From Azolla caroliniana (lineage: Eukaryota > Plantae > Polypodiophyta): a stretch of DNA of 64,000 nucleotides. Below the pieces are notes generated by a model. The model did no database searches. It saw only the letters and a program-made list of their open reading frames with translations, and was not told the DNA's origin. The stretch is from positions 24,552,001-24,616,000 of the forward strand of contig JBHGNT010000005.1 in the NCBI GenBank assembly GCA_043228905.1, read 5' to 3'. How positions within the stretch are numbered: position 1 is the first letter of the stretch; the number at the start of each line of letters is the position of its first letter. This document shows positions 26,864 through 47,589 of this stretch, piece after piece. A program made the translations under genes and the position numbers.

Positions 26864-29800
26864 GTCAGCCATGCATCACTATAGCAAGAATGGAGACAAC
26901 GGTGATAGACGATTAATCAACGTTCACACAGATTAGAAACCAAGACGAAAGAAGGTCATTTTAATTCCTTACTATTTGCCTGAACTATGTGCGAAATAAA
27001 GAGCACCTTTGCAACTATCCAATGTATAATTTTAAAAAGAAAACTAGGATTTGTAAATCGAGCAAAATAAAGAGCACCTTCGCGATTATCCAATGCAAAA
27101 TCTAAAGATGTTCTCTAGATTTCTAGAACAAGCTTCTACAAGAAGGGGTTGTGATGGGCTAGAGAAGTAAAAACCCCTAGATTAGGAGATGAAGTAGAGG
27201 AGAAGTGTGTGCACCATCAACTAGTGGCGCTACTATAGTGATTACCAATAAGAATAAAGTAGTAAAGACTTACGAAGTAGAGGTGTGGTTGAATATTATG
27301 AGTATGTATTAAATGTGTTCTAGGAGTTTAGTTTTGAGAATTGATGTGAATATCAAGATGAGTGAATTGCCAGTTCATTGGGGATGGGTATCGTGAAGCA
27401 ATTGTATCATGATATAAAAACAAAGTCAAAGTTCATTGGGGATGGGTTTCGTGAAACAATTGTATCATGATATAAAAACAAAGTCAAATAATATTGCATT
27501 TGTCACGTGTGAGGCTTCAACCCATAACCTCATTTATGTAATGTTGCATGTGATATGCGATCACCACTTGGCACACATTTTCAATACGCAATACAAAATC
27601 ATACGCATGTAAATTCAAAGCAAAACTAACTGCCCCAATACCACTCATCCATAATCCAATCCTTGCACAAATAACTTGAAAAAGTGTCACCAACATTTGT
27701 TGGAAAAACCGACTCCAAAAAACTAGGACCAGAAACTATTAATAGTTACCATTGAATAAGTTTCCTTTTATTCTTCATAATGTAATTATAATCACACCAC
27801 CTTGCGGAGCTTAGCATCTTCATCCCTTCTGAAAGAATCATTCAACAAAACAATCTATTTTTATGTAGCAGCTAGCCTGAGAGTGATATTGATCGATTTC
27901 ACATGATTGGGAATCTATCACCAATCCACAATCTTTTGACTGTGCGGGGCGAGGAGTGTCGAGAATTGGAATGTGCCACAACCAAACAATGAATAATTAG
28001 GATTTGAACAATGAGTAGGAGAAATCTAAGCCAAGAGAGGGTTGATAATCATCCCTCATATTAGAAATTCTTAGATTGCAAAAAAGCGGCTCGAGAGAAT
28101 AACTATAGGAAGAAGGATCGAGCTTCTAGTTTTACTCAAAAAAAGGAGGGGGAAGTTGATCATTTATGCTTGAACACGGACTAGTTTTAGGTGCTTATCC
28201 CCATTGTGTTGGTTTCTTTGGATCGATCACGAGTCAAAACACAGTTAGAGCACTAATGTGTCTCGAGTCAATATTTAATTCAATTAATATTGTTTAACAT
28301 TATAGCATTCTCTCATTTTCTTTTTGATGATTCAATCTAGCAAATAAGGGGAGATGCATGACAACCATTGTTGCCCATCTATGGTGTTCCAAAACAATAT
28401 GGTATGATTAAAGGTGACATGTTTGTTACTGTTAGTTGACCTTCATGAGCAAAGGTAATGTGTGAGCTCTAAAAACCATTTGATCACTCATCAAGAATAA
28501 TTTAACAAGACCATATGAGATAGGGCATATTAGAGATGGATGTAAAACACGGCAAGACAAGATAGGAGAAAGGAATTGTGAACAAATGTTAGGATTTGAT
28601 GGTCATTCATTGGTCCAAGGCTTTTACAAATGTCGCATGACATGTAAAACAGTTTTCCATTTGATTCCTATGACAAGAGATTATTACATGTCATGTACAA
28701 CCAAACAAGAGATTACATCTTAAAATGTTTCTCATTTATTGAGTGTTACCCATAGGAGTGTACGGGGAGACATAAGGATGGAACACTATAAAGTGGTTGT
28801 TATGTATGTGTAATGCATATGGGCGTGTGAGGATGAGTATGTGTATGAACACATGCACATTTGTGTGCATGTGTACAAAGGTGAGAGAGTGGGTAAGTAA
28901 TGTAACTGCCAACTTGTCTCATTCTTTTGTAACTGTTACCTCATGTACTATATATATAAACCCCACCCATGGGGCATAATGTAATATAGATTTCCCCCCC
29001 TCTCATTTGGTGTCATTTCTTATTTGTCTTTCCCTCTCTCTCTCTCTCTCCCTCACACCTAACCCCTTGGGAGGGGGGGTGGAGCCATCCTTGGCTTCAC
29101 CCCCCACCCATCAACATTGAGGATGACAAACCATTAATAAATATAGCTATACATAGGGTACAAAGAAACTATATATCGAAGAACTTCAAATTTTGAACAT
29201 ACAGTTTTTGAAACTCTTGCACTAAAAAAATCTCTAACATGGACCCTCCAAGGTGGAGAGATCTCTAAAGTGAGGGAAACACCTTCACTTCCACATGTCA
29301 TGGTCTTTTGCCCAATAACAAAGTCTATGGTCATGATCCAATTCATCATGACTTATGAGTATGACACATCTATTGTCTCGTTCACATTAGTGTCTTGGTT
29401 GAGACCTCGCTTTGTGTATTCCTTGATTAACTCAAGAATAGAATAGATTATATTTTTTACCATCTACGAGGAGGCGAATTTTGACCTATGATACTAAATA
29501 AACTTATTGTCTTGTATGTGACTCTTTCTCGAAAGGGGATTACTACTATGTAGTAAAACTTTCTACGTCAAAATAATGGGCTTACATATGCACTCACCAA
29601 TCTTGGTAGGGATTTGAATAGAGACTTAATTATCATGCCCATCTAATAGGCCATCATACTTCTCATGAATTACTTTGTATGTTGGGCTGCAATAGATCTT
29701 TTACCCTCCATCTTCTTAAACATTTCATAATGTCAAGCACCTAGCCACAATGTGAAGGAGAGATAGAGCTCAACAAAGTTGCAATTACTTCTTTATTGAT

Positions 29801-30959
29801 GAGTCTTTATGATTATATGATTGTCCTTCAAAAACTTATCTTTATATCTCTTGAGTTTTCTCGCAAGATTTTTTTTGCAATTGGTCTTTTTGATTGTATG
29901 ATCATCCTTCAAAAACTTCTCTCTATATCTCTTGAGTTTTCTAGCAAGAAGAGTTCTAAGCATTGTTGTTCTTTGTACTCCATGATATTACGTAATTGGT
30001 TGAAGCCTTCTTTGATGAAGCAATGATATCCTCCTCTTATTCTATGAAAAACACCACAATGTAAACATAGTGTATTTCGGATTCCATCCTCGATGACGTA
30101 ATTGATAAATTCATTCTTACTTAGATTTGCATGTATACTTCCCTATCTCGATTTCTAACGAGTGTGAAGAGGTTTTGATATGCGCTATCACACTATGAAA
30201 TGCAATGAGATAGACGTGTAGCTATACAAGGAGGCCTAATAATAAATCCATTGTGCGACATGTGTAAAATGAGTGTCTTAAAGTGGGCCATGTTCCTATT
30301 AAAAGATGATGCGGGGCTAATTTAGAGATGAAGAACAAAAGTATGTGCAATGTACAATACCAAAAGCACTACTACGTCATGACTCCTAAACGGATCCCAC
30401 GACTACGATGCAAAGCTACATTAATTTTTTATTTAATATTAAAGATTTGAAACTTGTTTTATATGTATAATGTGAAGATTTAAAATAGCTTGCCTCAATG
30501 TAAACACTCTAAAAACTCTGAAGTAATTTTTGTTTCTTGTCTAGTCTGTGAACATTACATTTCGATCTTTTATTTTACCTTCTCATATCATCAATGTTGG
30601 TACAACTTGCAATCACTAAGAAGCGACTCTTGAACCATTGTTTTCCATCCTTCCCCAACAATTTGCATGTAGGGATTTTGCGAGTTTCTCTTTAATGAGA
30701 AAGACAAATGAAGCTTGTGATGATTAAATGCTACTTCCAACAAGCAATTGGATGGCCCAAACTACCTTTTTTCAGACCATGGCCCATCATTACAAAGCTT
30801 CCATATTTGCTACATTGATTGCATTTCTACATGATGTGATCGCACTAGATGAGAATTTGTTTTAGAGATGGAAATAGGATTGTGCCTTAGAAAGATTGGT
30901 ATGATCATGAATCATGATTAATGGAAGCAATCTTTTCCATCAATAAAGAGAATTGGGAA

Positions 30960-31060
30960 GATGGTTCTTTTTTTGCCACTATCGCCAATTGCATGTGAAA
31001 GAAGGTTTTCTAAGATGGATAAGATAAAAAATTGAATCCAACTCTCTAGTGTTGATGTGG
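30960..31060 (+). pseudogene. hAT transposase C-terminal dimerisation-domain relic
   Basis: Translates PLSPIACERRFSKMDKIKN, matching the hAT CER.FS....IK motif. No intact ORF around it. Confidence 0.45.
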
Positions 31061-31199
31061 GCTAGGTCATGTCTCGCGGATCAAAATCAGTCTTTTGTGG
31101 ATCTTTAAAATCTCTCTCTCAAATGAGAGAATGAGCAATGGATTGCCGCAATATATGTTGTAGATCTATACTACTATAAAGATAATGAACTTTTTAGAG

Positions 31200-31430
31200 A
31201 ATCAATCCATACAAAGATTGAGGTACATGGGTGTCTACTTGCCCCATAACATGCAATAAACAATAGGCCAACTAAGAGTTTCCTTCCCCCAACTAGAGAT
31301 CGAGGCATGATGAGCATTTCACATACCTACAACTGAAAGATTTTGCAAATGATGTGAATGATTGATCCAATGTGAGGAACATTTTGTATATAAATGCTCA
31401 ACTTTCAACCGCATCAAGAAGAAGTATGGT
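31200..31430 (+). mobile_element. LINE ORF2 C-terminal relic
   Basis: IGQLRVS..QLEIE...ERFCK...CEEHFVYKC resembles the LINE C-terminal motif also seen at ~3000. Confidence 0.45.
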
Positions 31431-32037
31431 ATTCTCTACGTGGACTCCACCATATGCATTCAAATTTCATATAATGATAATGGAGCTTGCGGAAACCTAG
31501 AGCTTTTAGCTTTGTTTAATGTATGGAAGACATGTTCATCCCGTGCATGTAATCATGAGTTGTTTTGCAGGAAAATTGTGGCATCTAGTAGGCTTTAGAA
31601 CTTGAAATCTCTCTCTCTCTCTCTCTTTTTGGAAAAAAAAAAAGAAATCTCGCTCTCTCTCTCTCTCTCTCTCTCTTGAAAAAGAAAAAAGAAATAGAGA
31701 AAAGGTGGTTCATGTCCACGATGATTTGTTTATTCTGTCTCAAGGGTCAAATTTGGCCTCCATGTGGTTGATAAAAAAACCTATTCTATTATCTATTATC
31801 TCTTGAAAACAGGCAGAGACTATTGGAAAGATTGTTATAATTACGATTAATGGGAGCAATCTTATCCATTGATAAAGAAAACCGAGAAGCCGATTCTTTG
31901 TTTGTCACTTGTCATCAATTGCATCTAAAAATAAGGTCTTCTAAGCTTAATAAGATCAAAAACAAAATTCGAATTCCAAACCATCTGTATGTCTCTAGTT
32001 GTTGGTTTGATGGTTGTGTGTGTGTGTGTGTGTGTGT

Positions 32038-32077
<40 letters not shown>

Positions 32078-32282
32078 AGTGCCCCACCTTTCAACCACAT
32101 CAAGAAGGAAGTATGCTACGTGGAGTCAACCACAAGCATTAGTATAACAATCATGGAGCTTCGAAAAAACCTAAAGTTTTGCATAAAGCCGATTTCGGCA
32201 TCTAGCAGACATCTCCGTCTCTTAAAAGATTGGTAACTTGGGACCAACTTTAGTCTCACGGGTCGAATTGGGAGTCCTCATG

Positions 32283-32685
32283 GACGACTAATAAAAGAAA
32301 ATTGACCCTACAATATCTTAATAAATGCAACTTAAACTAATGTTTGCGGCCACGAATGGAGTAGGAACAAGACTAAAAATTCCGACGACTAATAAAAGAA
32401 AATTGACCCTACAATATCTTAACAAATGCAACTTAAACTAATGTTTGCGGCCATGAATGGAGTAGGAACAAGACTAAAATTTCCGACGACTAATAAAAGA
32501 AAATTGACCCTACAATATCTTAACAAATGCAACTTAAACCAATGTTTGCGACCATGAATGGAGTAGGAACAAGACTAAAATTTCCGACGACTAATAAAAG
32601 AAAATTGACCCTACAATATCTTAACAAATGCAACTTAAATTAATGTTTGCGACCATGAATGGAGTGGGAACAAGACTAAAATTTC
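32283..32685. repeat. Tandem repeat, 101 bp x 4
   Basis: GACGACTAATAAAAGAAAATTGACCC recurs at 32283, 32384, 32485 and 32586. Confidence 0.95.
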
Positions 32686-32792
32686 TGAGAGAAGGCAGGC
32701 GAAGAGAATACGTAGAAGCACATGCGGACCGGATCATTGACAATGCAAGCGTTAATGTCAGACGATGGATGAATATGCCATGACATGTCAAT

Positions 32793-33095
32793 ATACATAC
32801 ATTACATAACATACATAACATACATACATACATACATACATACATACATACATACATACATACATACATACATACATACATACATACAAACATACATACA
32901 TACATACATACAAACATAACATAACATAACATAACATAACATAACATAACATACAAACATACATGTATATACGTACACACATACGTACATACATACATAC
33001 ATACATACATACATACATACATACATACATACATACATACATACATACATACATACATACATACATACATACATACATACATACATACATACATA
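32793..33095. repeat. Compound (TACA)n/(TAACA)n microsatellite
   Basis: Directly visible; it is the source of the spurious MYVC-repeat ORFs. Confidence 0.97.
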
Positions 33096-33372
33096 AGGAA
33101 TATCATCAATCCATTGGTGAAACCAGTGTTGAGACTAAATGTCAATTAGTTGGTGGGGGGGGGGGAGGGGAGCTCTATGGGCGGACACGAGTGATTAGCC
33201 ATTAATTAGCCGTTAATCGGTCTGTTGATCGGTCAATTAATTAACCAACTTGGCTAACTAATTACTAATTAGCTAATTAAGAAAAAGGCAATGGAAGAAT
33301 TAAGTAATTAGTTAATTATGCAGATATTTGATGCCTATTATTATTATTAACAGTTGGCAAGAAGGAAGAAAC

Positions 33373-33414
<42 letters not shown>

Positions 33415-33813
33415 CCTTCCCAGAATTAGGGTTTCAGAGCGACCTTCTGCAGCACCAATTCCTTCGTGCTCACCATTGGAGGGCGAAGAGGAGGCTGCAG
33501 AGATCCATCCCATAGCCTCTCTGCATCCGCACCATCGACTTCCCCCCATCGCAGACTCTGTATTTTCAGAACTTTGGCTTCCACATCCACCGGATTTGCG
33601 TTTAGTTGTGTCATGACCCCACCATAGCCTCTGCATCAGATTTCAGTTCCTGACAGCTTCCGTGTGTCTGTGTCTCAGAATTTAGGCTTCACCTCATTAA
33701 AGTGATGCCATAGAAGAGTAAATTCCTTTGGCTTCTTCTTCTTCTTCTTTGCTGTACCTCTAGATCTCTGCTCTGATCGAAAGGTTGGTTCACACTATTC
33801 TTTGAAACACAGT

Positions 33814-39620
<5,807 letters not shown>

Positions 39621-41113
39621 TACAAAGTTATATTTTTATTTCTGCTATTACCTCGCGTTTCAATAAGAGTTATAGATAGCTACAAGGCACTTTAGTGTCC
39701 ATTTTTTGAGGAGATATTTTCCTCCAAATCTGTGAAGTTAACATGGGAGGAACATGTGAAATGCAGAAACTGATAGTAGTTTGTTATTAAATATCTAATA
39801 TGTCATTTTACTCAGCTTATTTTAATTTTTCCTTGATGCTAAACATTTTCCTTCTTTGTGAATTTTGAAATATTACTCTTTTGACATACATACAAATCAT
39901 AAATCTCCTTTATTTTAAACCAAATACACCTTGCACTGTGTATGAACGGTGTCCTAAATAAGCAACCATGGTGTTCGAGGATGAAATTTAATAAAACAAT
40001 CAAATCTTACAGGTGCCCTTCTGTCATGCAATATCTAGCAATACCAAAGCTCCCCCAAAATAAGTGGAAGCTTATCTAGATCTTTTTAATCTGGTAGCAA
40101 ATTTTGGTGTAGAAAAGAAATGAAAAAATAGAGATTGAGAAATGCCTATAATAGGTTTTTATGGAAGCTTATTTAGATATTGTTAATCTGGTAGCAAATT
40201 ATGGTGTAGAAAAGAAATGGAAGTTCATAACTTAGTTTCATCAAACAAGACAATATTTTCATGAACTTATTTATACAACCAAACAATCAACTTGTTTAAA
40301 ACACGAATTCCAAATATGCAATTTGATACAAATATTTGATCACTGGCTATTTAACATCTACCCTCGGAAACAGTTTCATATGTCCACTTTTTTCACATTC
40401 ACTTATGCTTGGTGGGGCACGTGCGTTCAAGAATATTCTGTTATAACAATTTTATTATCCTTGTCATAAGTATAATAAAGTACATCTCATATACCATGCA
40501 CTCTCATCATGAGAAGCAGTGGGAAAGTAGTTAAGGAGGTAATGAGGTGGGGCTATATAAACCAAGCCCCTTTCTTACATATAGCATTGATTATAATAGA
40601 TTTACTTTTAGCATTATCTCGCTTGATATAATTTATATACTCGTTAATTTATAAACCGTGCTATCCTTACCATTACTATAATAGTAATAACCTTACGGCA
40701 AAGTAAATCCTCCCAGATGTTTTTGCAATACTAAATGACATAAAGGCAACTCCTCAAAGGACATGGTGCCCACAAAGCTCAATCACAAAAACCTCCAAAA
40801 ATAATGAGAAGACTAGAAACATGTTGAATGTGGGAGACTGTAATGCTAGAGTTTTGATCTTATAAAAATGCAAAACCATATTTGTCAAAAATGTCTAATT
40901 GAGTTGGGAAATCATGTCTAATGTTCGTACTCAAGTAGTTGGGACTTCAAATTTTCAAACTGTTGCTCTTGTAATCTAGCAATGGCAAAACCTTTTTAGA
41001 ACACCATCCATCAGTCTTCACTGCATCAATCAACAGTTTGTCATTTGTCTTTATAGAATAGCCTTCATCAAAATGTATATATAAATATTCAGTTTCAGTT
41101 TTATTCGCACAAG

Positions 41114-41602
41114 TAGCAATGGGCACAGTTCAGTTTCGGTTCAGTTCGGTTTCAAGGCAAAGAAACCAAACCAAACCAAACCAAACCAAACCGTTTGTGT
41201 AAAAGTTAAAACCAAACCGAACCATTTAATAAAAAATTTAAACCTAACCATTTAAATCAAACTAATTAAACATCTAAATAAACAAAAATACATTAAATTA
41301 TTAAATCAATAAAAGAAACTTTAATTGAACCATTAAATTAAATAAACATTTAAGTTAAATTAATTAAATCAATAAAAAACCATTAATTAAAAAATTCAAT
41401 TAATAAACTATTAAGGTAAAAAAAATTTAACCAAAAACCTATAAACCTATAGACCAGATTTTTAGAACCGAACTGAACCCGAACCGTTTGTTCAAATTCA
41501 AACCAAACCAAACCATTAATTTTTTTGGGAACCAATAAACTGTTAAACCATGGCTTAATGGTTCGGTTTGGTTTGAGCTGAAACCGTGCCCATTGCTTGC
41601 TA
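41114..41602. mobile_element. hAT-type MITE
   Basis: TAGCAATGGGCAC ... GTGCCCATTGCT(TGCT)A; perfect 8-bp TSD CGCACAAG. Confidence 0.88.
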
Positions 41603-42027
41603 CGCACAAGCATGGGGAAAGAAAGAGGTATAGGAAAGAAAGAAAGAAGCATAGGTATATATATTGGTCCAAATAGAGAAGCTTCTCGGTCAATATAGGA
41701 AAGATTTCTTACAAGTATTATAATTACAAGCCATGCATAGGATTTGTAGCGCACAGTAGTATTAGTATTGCACAAAGAATTTCTGGAGCTACACTCTTAC
41801 AAATTGAGAGCTACACTCATATTAGAATTACAAGCTCTTACAAATTGAGAGGGTTGTTTACAATTCATAAATAAGGTTTGAACAATGCTCAAAGAGGGAA
41901 TATCAACAAGAAAACTGATATTACCACCCTCTCAATTAAGGCTTGTCTTGACAGCATATAGATGAGTAGCACTAGCAAGCTAAAATGCTGGATATATTGA
42001 GAAGTGACTCACTCAACTTAAGATGTT

Positions 42028-45000
42028 CTATTGGCTCTGCTCTCTACTTTGATGCAATATCCTTTCAGCAACAATCATGTCATCTGGAGTAGTAACCTGA
42101 AAAAAAGTATCATCTCATTAGAACTCCGTTAGTCTTGTTTAGTACTAAACAAACATTTAAATTATTTTTAAATTACTTTTTCATCTACCATGCAAGTCAG
42201 TTACCCTTGTATGTGATTCTGGTGTTACTTCCATTGACTTTAATAATAAATTATTTTAAAGTATAATGATGGTTTGATCCATTCATAGATTTAGTGAAAA
42301 GAGAACCTTGATGTTTGTATATGAGCCTTCTGTGATGAAGACTGGATGATTAAGATGCTCAACGATGGAAACATCATCGGTAACCTCCAAATTTCTCCTG
42401 TTAATGTATCACAACTTAAGAGTGAATCATTAAAATTTTCTTATATCTATTATGCGTAGAAATGGTGGTTAAGACCATACTCTTCAACCAGTTCAAACCC
42501 CTTCCTTAACAAATTTGGTTCAATGACCTGTTCAATAATAATGATATTTTGATTCAACAAATATGATGTTGACTTATAAATAAACCTATCTCGATACAAA
42601 TAAACTGGATGCAACACACAAAGCTACAAACTAGCAGAGGTTAAGAAATCACCTGAGGTGTTTGCATTTCCCAAAGAAGTTTCCTGTCCAATGTTCGCAT
42701 GACAAAACCATCAGATTTAGCCTGCAAAATGGGTGTCCACAGAATATTAGTATCCCTCATCTGACGACGTCATTTTAAAAGAATTAGTTGGTCTTATTCT
42801 ATTTTGTTAATTCAAGTGGAGATATCAGTAGAAATCCTTCCATCTCATTGTATGTATACAATTAGACCACATCTAACCAAACTCAAATCTTTGTTTGCAC
42901 ATATTGTTGAGGATAGCCCTAAAACATGGTCGCTATGGGTTTGACTGTATATACAGTGCTGATGAAATTTGCTTAGTCAACTCTCCATCACACAATGCTC
43001 TTGCACAAAAGGAAAGATCAACAGAGACTTAAGATGATAAGAAGCTAATAAGAAATTCTCATAAGTTTCCAGGTTTCTGGATTCATTATGGTCTGGATGG
43101 TAACCTTTGAAGCAGGCAGGCCCTAGATGTACATGCATACCTCATTGTATACAACATTTCAATATTTTGGCATTCAGAATGGCAGCAACCCAGCTGTGTA
43201 TTGTCTTTCAAAAAACTTAAAGGTCATGTAAGGGTGGAAAATGTGAAGTGACGACAAATAACAAAATCTGTTCAAATGAATCCATTTTCATAAAGGATGA
43301 GTGAAGCACGTGATGACAACAGTACAACAATAAGCACCAAAAGCCATTGCAATCTTGAGTCGATATCAGAGTATCACTATTTCATATATTTAAATTATAT
43401 TTTCACTTTCCTTATTGCCGAACAAGTTTTCCTATGAAGTGTGCCACAAGGAGCAGAACTGCTGCCACACGAGAAGAAACCATAGACCTCTTGATGAGAT
43501 TGTATAGATTTAAGCATATCAAGATATATTTTTCAAACATTTAACCAGTTTCTCTACTTCAGAGTTGAAAGGTTGAGCTATGAATGAACCTCCTTGATTG
43601 TGCCTTTCACGGGTACTCCAAGCACAGCTGCACCATGAACATACGCATCTGAAATCACCTGTTAAGAAAACAAACTGCTTATAAGATTAATATATTTGAG
43701 AGTTTGAAGCACAATTTTCTGTGTGAAAACATAGTATTATTTATTTACATATAGTATGTATTGATGATATACAAAAGGAGGGCATAGATAAATAGCCAGA
43801 TTTTTAACATAGCATAAGTATATTCACCTACTTTGCGGATATCCTTTAACAATACCAAAGGCCTTGCCGAATCATGTACACAAGCAAGCTTAGCGTCATC
43901 AAATATTTCCTGTGGCAATCAACATTCCCAAAATAGAAATATATTTAAAATTTCAACTAGTCACATGCCAAGTATCATTACTCATATATACCTTCAGTCC
44001 ATTCAGAACAGAAAATTGTCGTTCTCTCCCAGGCAGTGCAAATTTGAGTTCAACCTCATCACTAGTCCTACTAGCTTCTGCACACAAGCAAGCACCCACA
44101 GGAAAATTGTTATAAACTTAATATAAGTAAGACATTATGTGTGTGCTGACATTGTCTCTGATATTATATCGTCTATATCAACCTGAATCACCACTGTGGA
44201 GATTTCTGTGTGCATCAATTCCTATTTGATTAAATATATAATGAGAAGAGAAGAAGTATATGATATTACATACTAATGCATATACACATGCAAGATGCCT
44301 TTTTGTGGGTACTTGATTCACTGTTATTCCAATTTCTCATTTTGGAGGGGAGGATGATCAGAAACAAGCCTGATACCACAACTATGATGAAATATTATAC
44401 AGAAATCAAGAACTTCCAGAATAAAACTTTGCATGTCCACTAAAAGAACAATTCTATCACTTCAAGAAATTACATCTACCAAACTATGCACAAAGTTGAT
44501 TTTTTTCTTCGTGCACACCATCAAATAACAGCTATAACAAACCTTCAAATATATCTCTATATGATGGATCACATACGATAACAATCTCCTTTACCTCCTC
44601 CATTTTGATGAATGTATGGAAACTGTGAAATCATAATAAAAGCAATTACTATAATATCTAGCATAATATTAATCTTGTTCACAGTTGAAAGGAAATGATC
44701 ACATGCCTGTGAAGTGCAATAGGCTTCCCAAGCAGCGGTAGATATTGCTTTGGCATACTTGCCTATGATGTAGAACCATGAAGAAAAAGGAGAGCCATTG
44801 AGTTAAAGCATACCTACAGGCTACACAATAATATCACTAGTATAGATGAATATTTACCCAATCAAATACATTGTGTGCAAAATTACACAACAAAACTGAA
44901 CTAGCTTACCTGTCTACTACAGTTTCTTGACTACATGTCTTTATATTAGCAATGCAAAGTTACACAATAACTCTGAACTAACTTACCTGTCTCCTACAAT

Positions 45001-46065
45001 TTCTTGTTCAAGCTTCAAACGCATGATCAATACTTATATTAGCACAAGGGACGGAATGATATAATGCATCGTTGACTTCTTCCATGAGCCCACACCTCTA
45101 CTAACAACATGCCAAGGAGTCACAATAAAGTGGGTCGTGGAATGTCGACAACAACCGAGGTTACAAGTACTAGACCATAAAGCACATGACCCATACTATC
45201 ATTAGATCATGAAGATCAGTGTTTGCCATGGCCAATCCATGTGAGGACACCCAGAAGCACTAGGTGAACCTCATTCCAGTACAACTGTTACGGGCATAAC
45301 CATAACTTATCCCGTGGTATTTTGTACAATAGTTTTGTACACACGAGGATAAGAGTGAGGGTTAATCAAGAATGTAAAGAAGGGAGGATTACTCTTAATC
45401 CTAGGGATTGAGATAACCTTTAAGGGCCAAGTATGAACTTGCCTGGGGGCCTTGGGTCTTGCTATAAATATGAGGCCTAGCTAACCTCATTGGGGGAATC
45501 ATTCGACTGCATCAAGACTGTGATCTTGTGGTGAACATACCCTTGCAGCGAGTGAGTGTCAATACCAAGTACAAATCAAAGCCCATAGCAGTGGTATGGG
45601 ACGCCACTCAAGGCTCGGGTCTCATCAACATAGTCTCAACAGCATCTGTGAGATGCCATGTGGAAGAGGCTAGCTAATCCCCTGTATATACCTGAACTAC
45701 ATAGGCTCCTAAAACACCACATGTTCTGACATGTTTCAGGTTTTTATGGGTTGTCCCAAGTCCTAAGAGAACAGATTTCCCAGTTATTCTGCCATTAAAT
45801 CCATTCAGATCAGCTTTTGACATTGATCCTTAAGCCTATGCCCATAACACAGACATTTTCCCATGTGCAAAAGAGCCCTTCTTACTTCATGTTTCATGAT
45901 CCCTCTAATTGTGAGGCTCTTTATACTTAGATAGGCATGTTCTGCCTCACCTACATAAGCTCATAATGTAGGGAATGGATCAATGTCTGCAGTGTTTAGC
46001 AAATCAAAGTGCGTGAATCTTTTTGTGAATAATAGTGGGGAAATGTATCGATGAATCATAGTGTG

Positions 46066-46129
<64 letters not shown>

Positions 46130-46729
46130 GTATATTGAAACAAATAGTTTGCAGAAAGAAAGATGAGCGAGCATCTTACCCCCATCCTCTTGCCTTGACC
46201 GCCTGCTAAAAGGATGACTGATATGCTTCTGGGAGGAGGGAGAGAGAGACCCTGTTATTTTCCACAGAAATAAAAATAAAAATAAAAATAAAAGCATTAG
46301 GATGTAACAGATCATTCTTAAACAGAAGGCTGTGAAGAACCACACAATACTCGGAAGTTTCATGGCAACCTAAAGATCTAAAACCCTACACGCTAAAACT
46401 TTAACCCAAACCCTTAGCAAATCTTTAAAACTTAATATAATCAAATCCTAAAACCATGAACTACAAACCTGAGAAGCTTGAGAATCTGATCGAGTATCAG
46501 GGGCGACGGCAGAAACAATCCGGAGTGGGCAGGGAGGGCGAATCAGAGTAAAAGGCTTGGGGAAACCTTTGAGAGGGGAGCGAAGATTTGTGGGAGAGGC
46601 GGAGGAAGAAGAAGAGAGGCGTGATGAAGGGGATCTAGCTGGAGCTAATTCTGTTATTGTGGAGGAGCAGTATTGGAGGGGGGTGGAACAGGGGATGGAA
46701 GGGGAGAAGAAGAAGCAGAAGCTCTCCAT
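42028..46729 (-). CDS. ispD: 2-C-methyl-D-erythritol 4-phosphate cytidylyltransferase (plastid MEP pathway)
   Basis: Ser/Pro-rich transit-peptide-like exon 1. Downstream exons encode [74 protein letters not shown] and NIKVTTPDDM. Stop at 42028-42030. Confidence 0.95.
45070..45641 (+). mobile_element. Solo LTR in an ispD intron
   Basis: Termini (c)GTTGA...TCAACA, flanking direct repeat GCAT(C), and internal CTATAAATA at ~45462. Confidence 0.6.
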
Positions 46730-47589
46730 ATCTGCTGCTTAGCTTAGCTAATGTGAAGCTGAAGGTTAAGTAAGAGCTTCTTTCTGTCTCTAGATTTGTT
46801 CCTTGGCCTTCTCCTCTGCTCTCTGCTCTGCTCTGCTCTGTGCTCTGCTCTCTGCTCTAATGGATAATGGATGGATCATGGCACCAAACAAGAACAAGTT
46901 CTTGTTTTTTCTTTTTTCTTTTTTATATCTTTTTCTTTTTTCTTTTTTTATTTGTTTCTTTGTTTTTTATTTTATTTGTTTGTTTATTTTTTATTTTATT
47001 TATTTTTTGTTTGTTTGTTTTTTATTTTTTGCTTGTTTGTTTATTTTTTTATATTATTTTGTATTGTATTTCCTTTGTTTTTTAACCTATTTGTTATTGT
47101 ATTTATTTATTTAACCAATTTCTTATTGTTTTATTTATTTATTTAACCCCTTTCTGGTACTCTTTTAGCACACCCATTTTAGCTAAGCCAACCCAAATGG
47201 GTACCTTTGTATCAACTATAAATTGAGCAAGAAGTAAGCAGCTAAGTAGGTTGGTTTTGATCTCCTATGTGCATTTCACAATATTTATTTATTTATTTAA
47301 CCTGTTTCTTATTATATTTATTTATTTAGCCTGCTTATTCTTGTGTATATTTATTTAATCTGTTTTATTGAATTTATTTATTTAATCTTTTCTTATTGTA
47401 TTTATCTATTTACTTTCTACATTTTTTTGTTATGTATTTAATGGATGGCCAAACCAAGAACAATCCTTGTTTTATTTATTTAATCTATTGTTTATTGTAT
47501 TTGTTTTCTATTTCATTTTTTTGTTGTAGAGGAGTCCTCCTTTTATTTATTTATTCCATTCATTTTGTCTATTTTTATTGTGTTTATAT

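Larger units (their letters stand above)
19640..27600 (+). mobile_element. Old, highly degenerate Ty3/gypsy element hosting several later insertions
   Basis: Gag remnant LGQFNYEDITRFLEVFEYEM (~20290-20345) resumes after 24350, with a CIWCDS-like knuckle at ~24715-24745. LTR-like homology between ~19648-19720 and ~27470-27535 (gatat.aaaa.aaa.tcaaat.atattgca..tgtca...tgtgaggct..aacccat). Confidence 0.55.

Noticed and set aside
32621-33205. ORFs with MYVC/HTYI repeats
   Set aside because: These are translations of a (TACA)n microsatellite.
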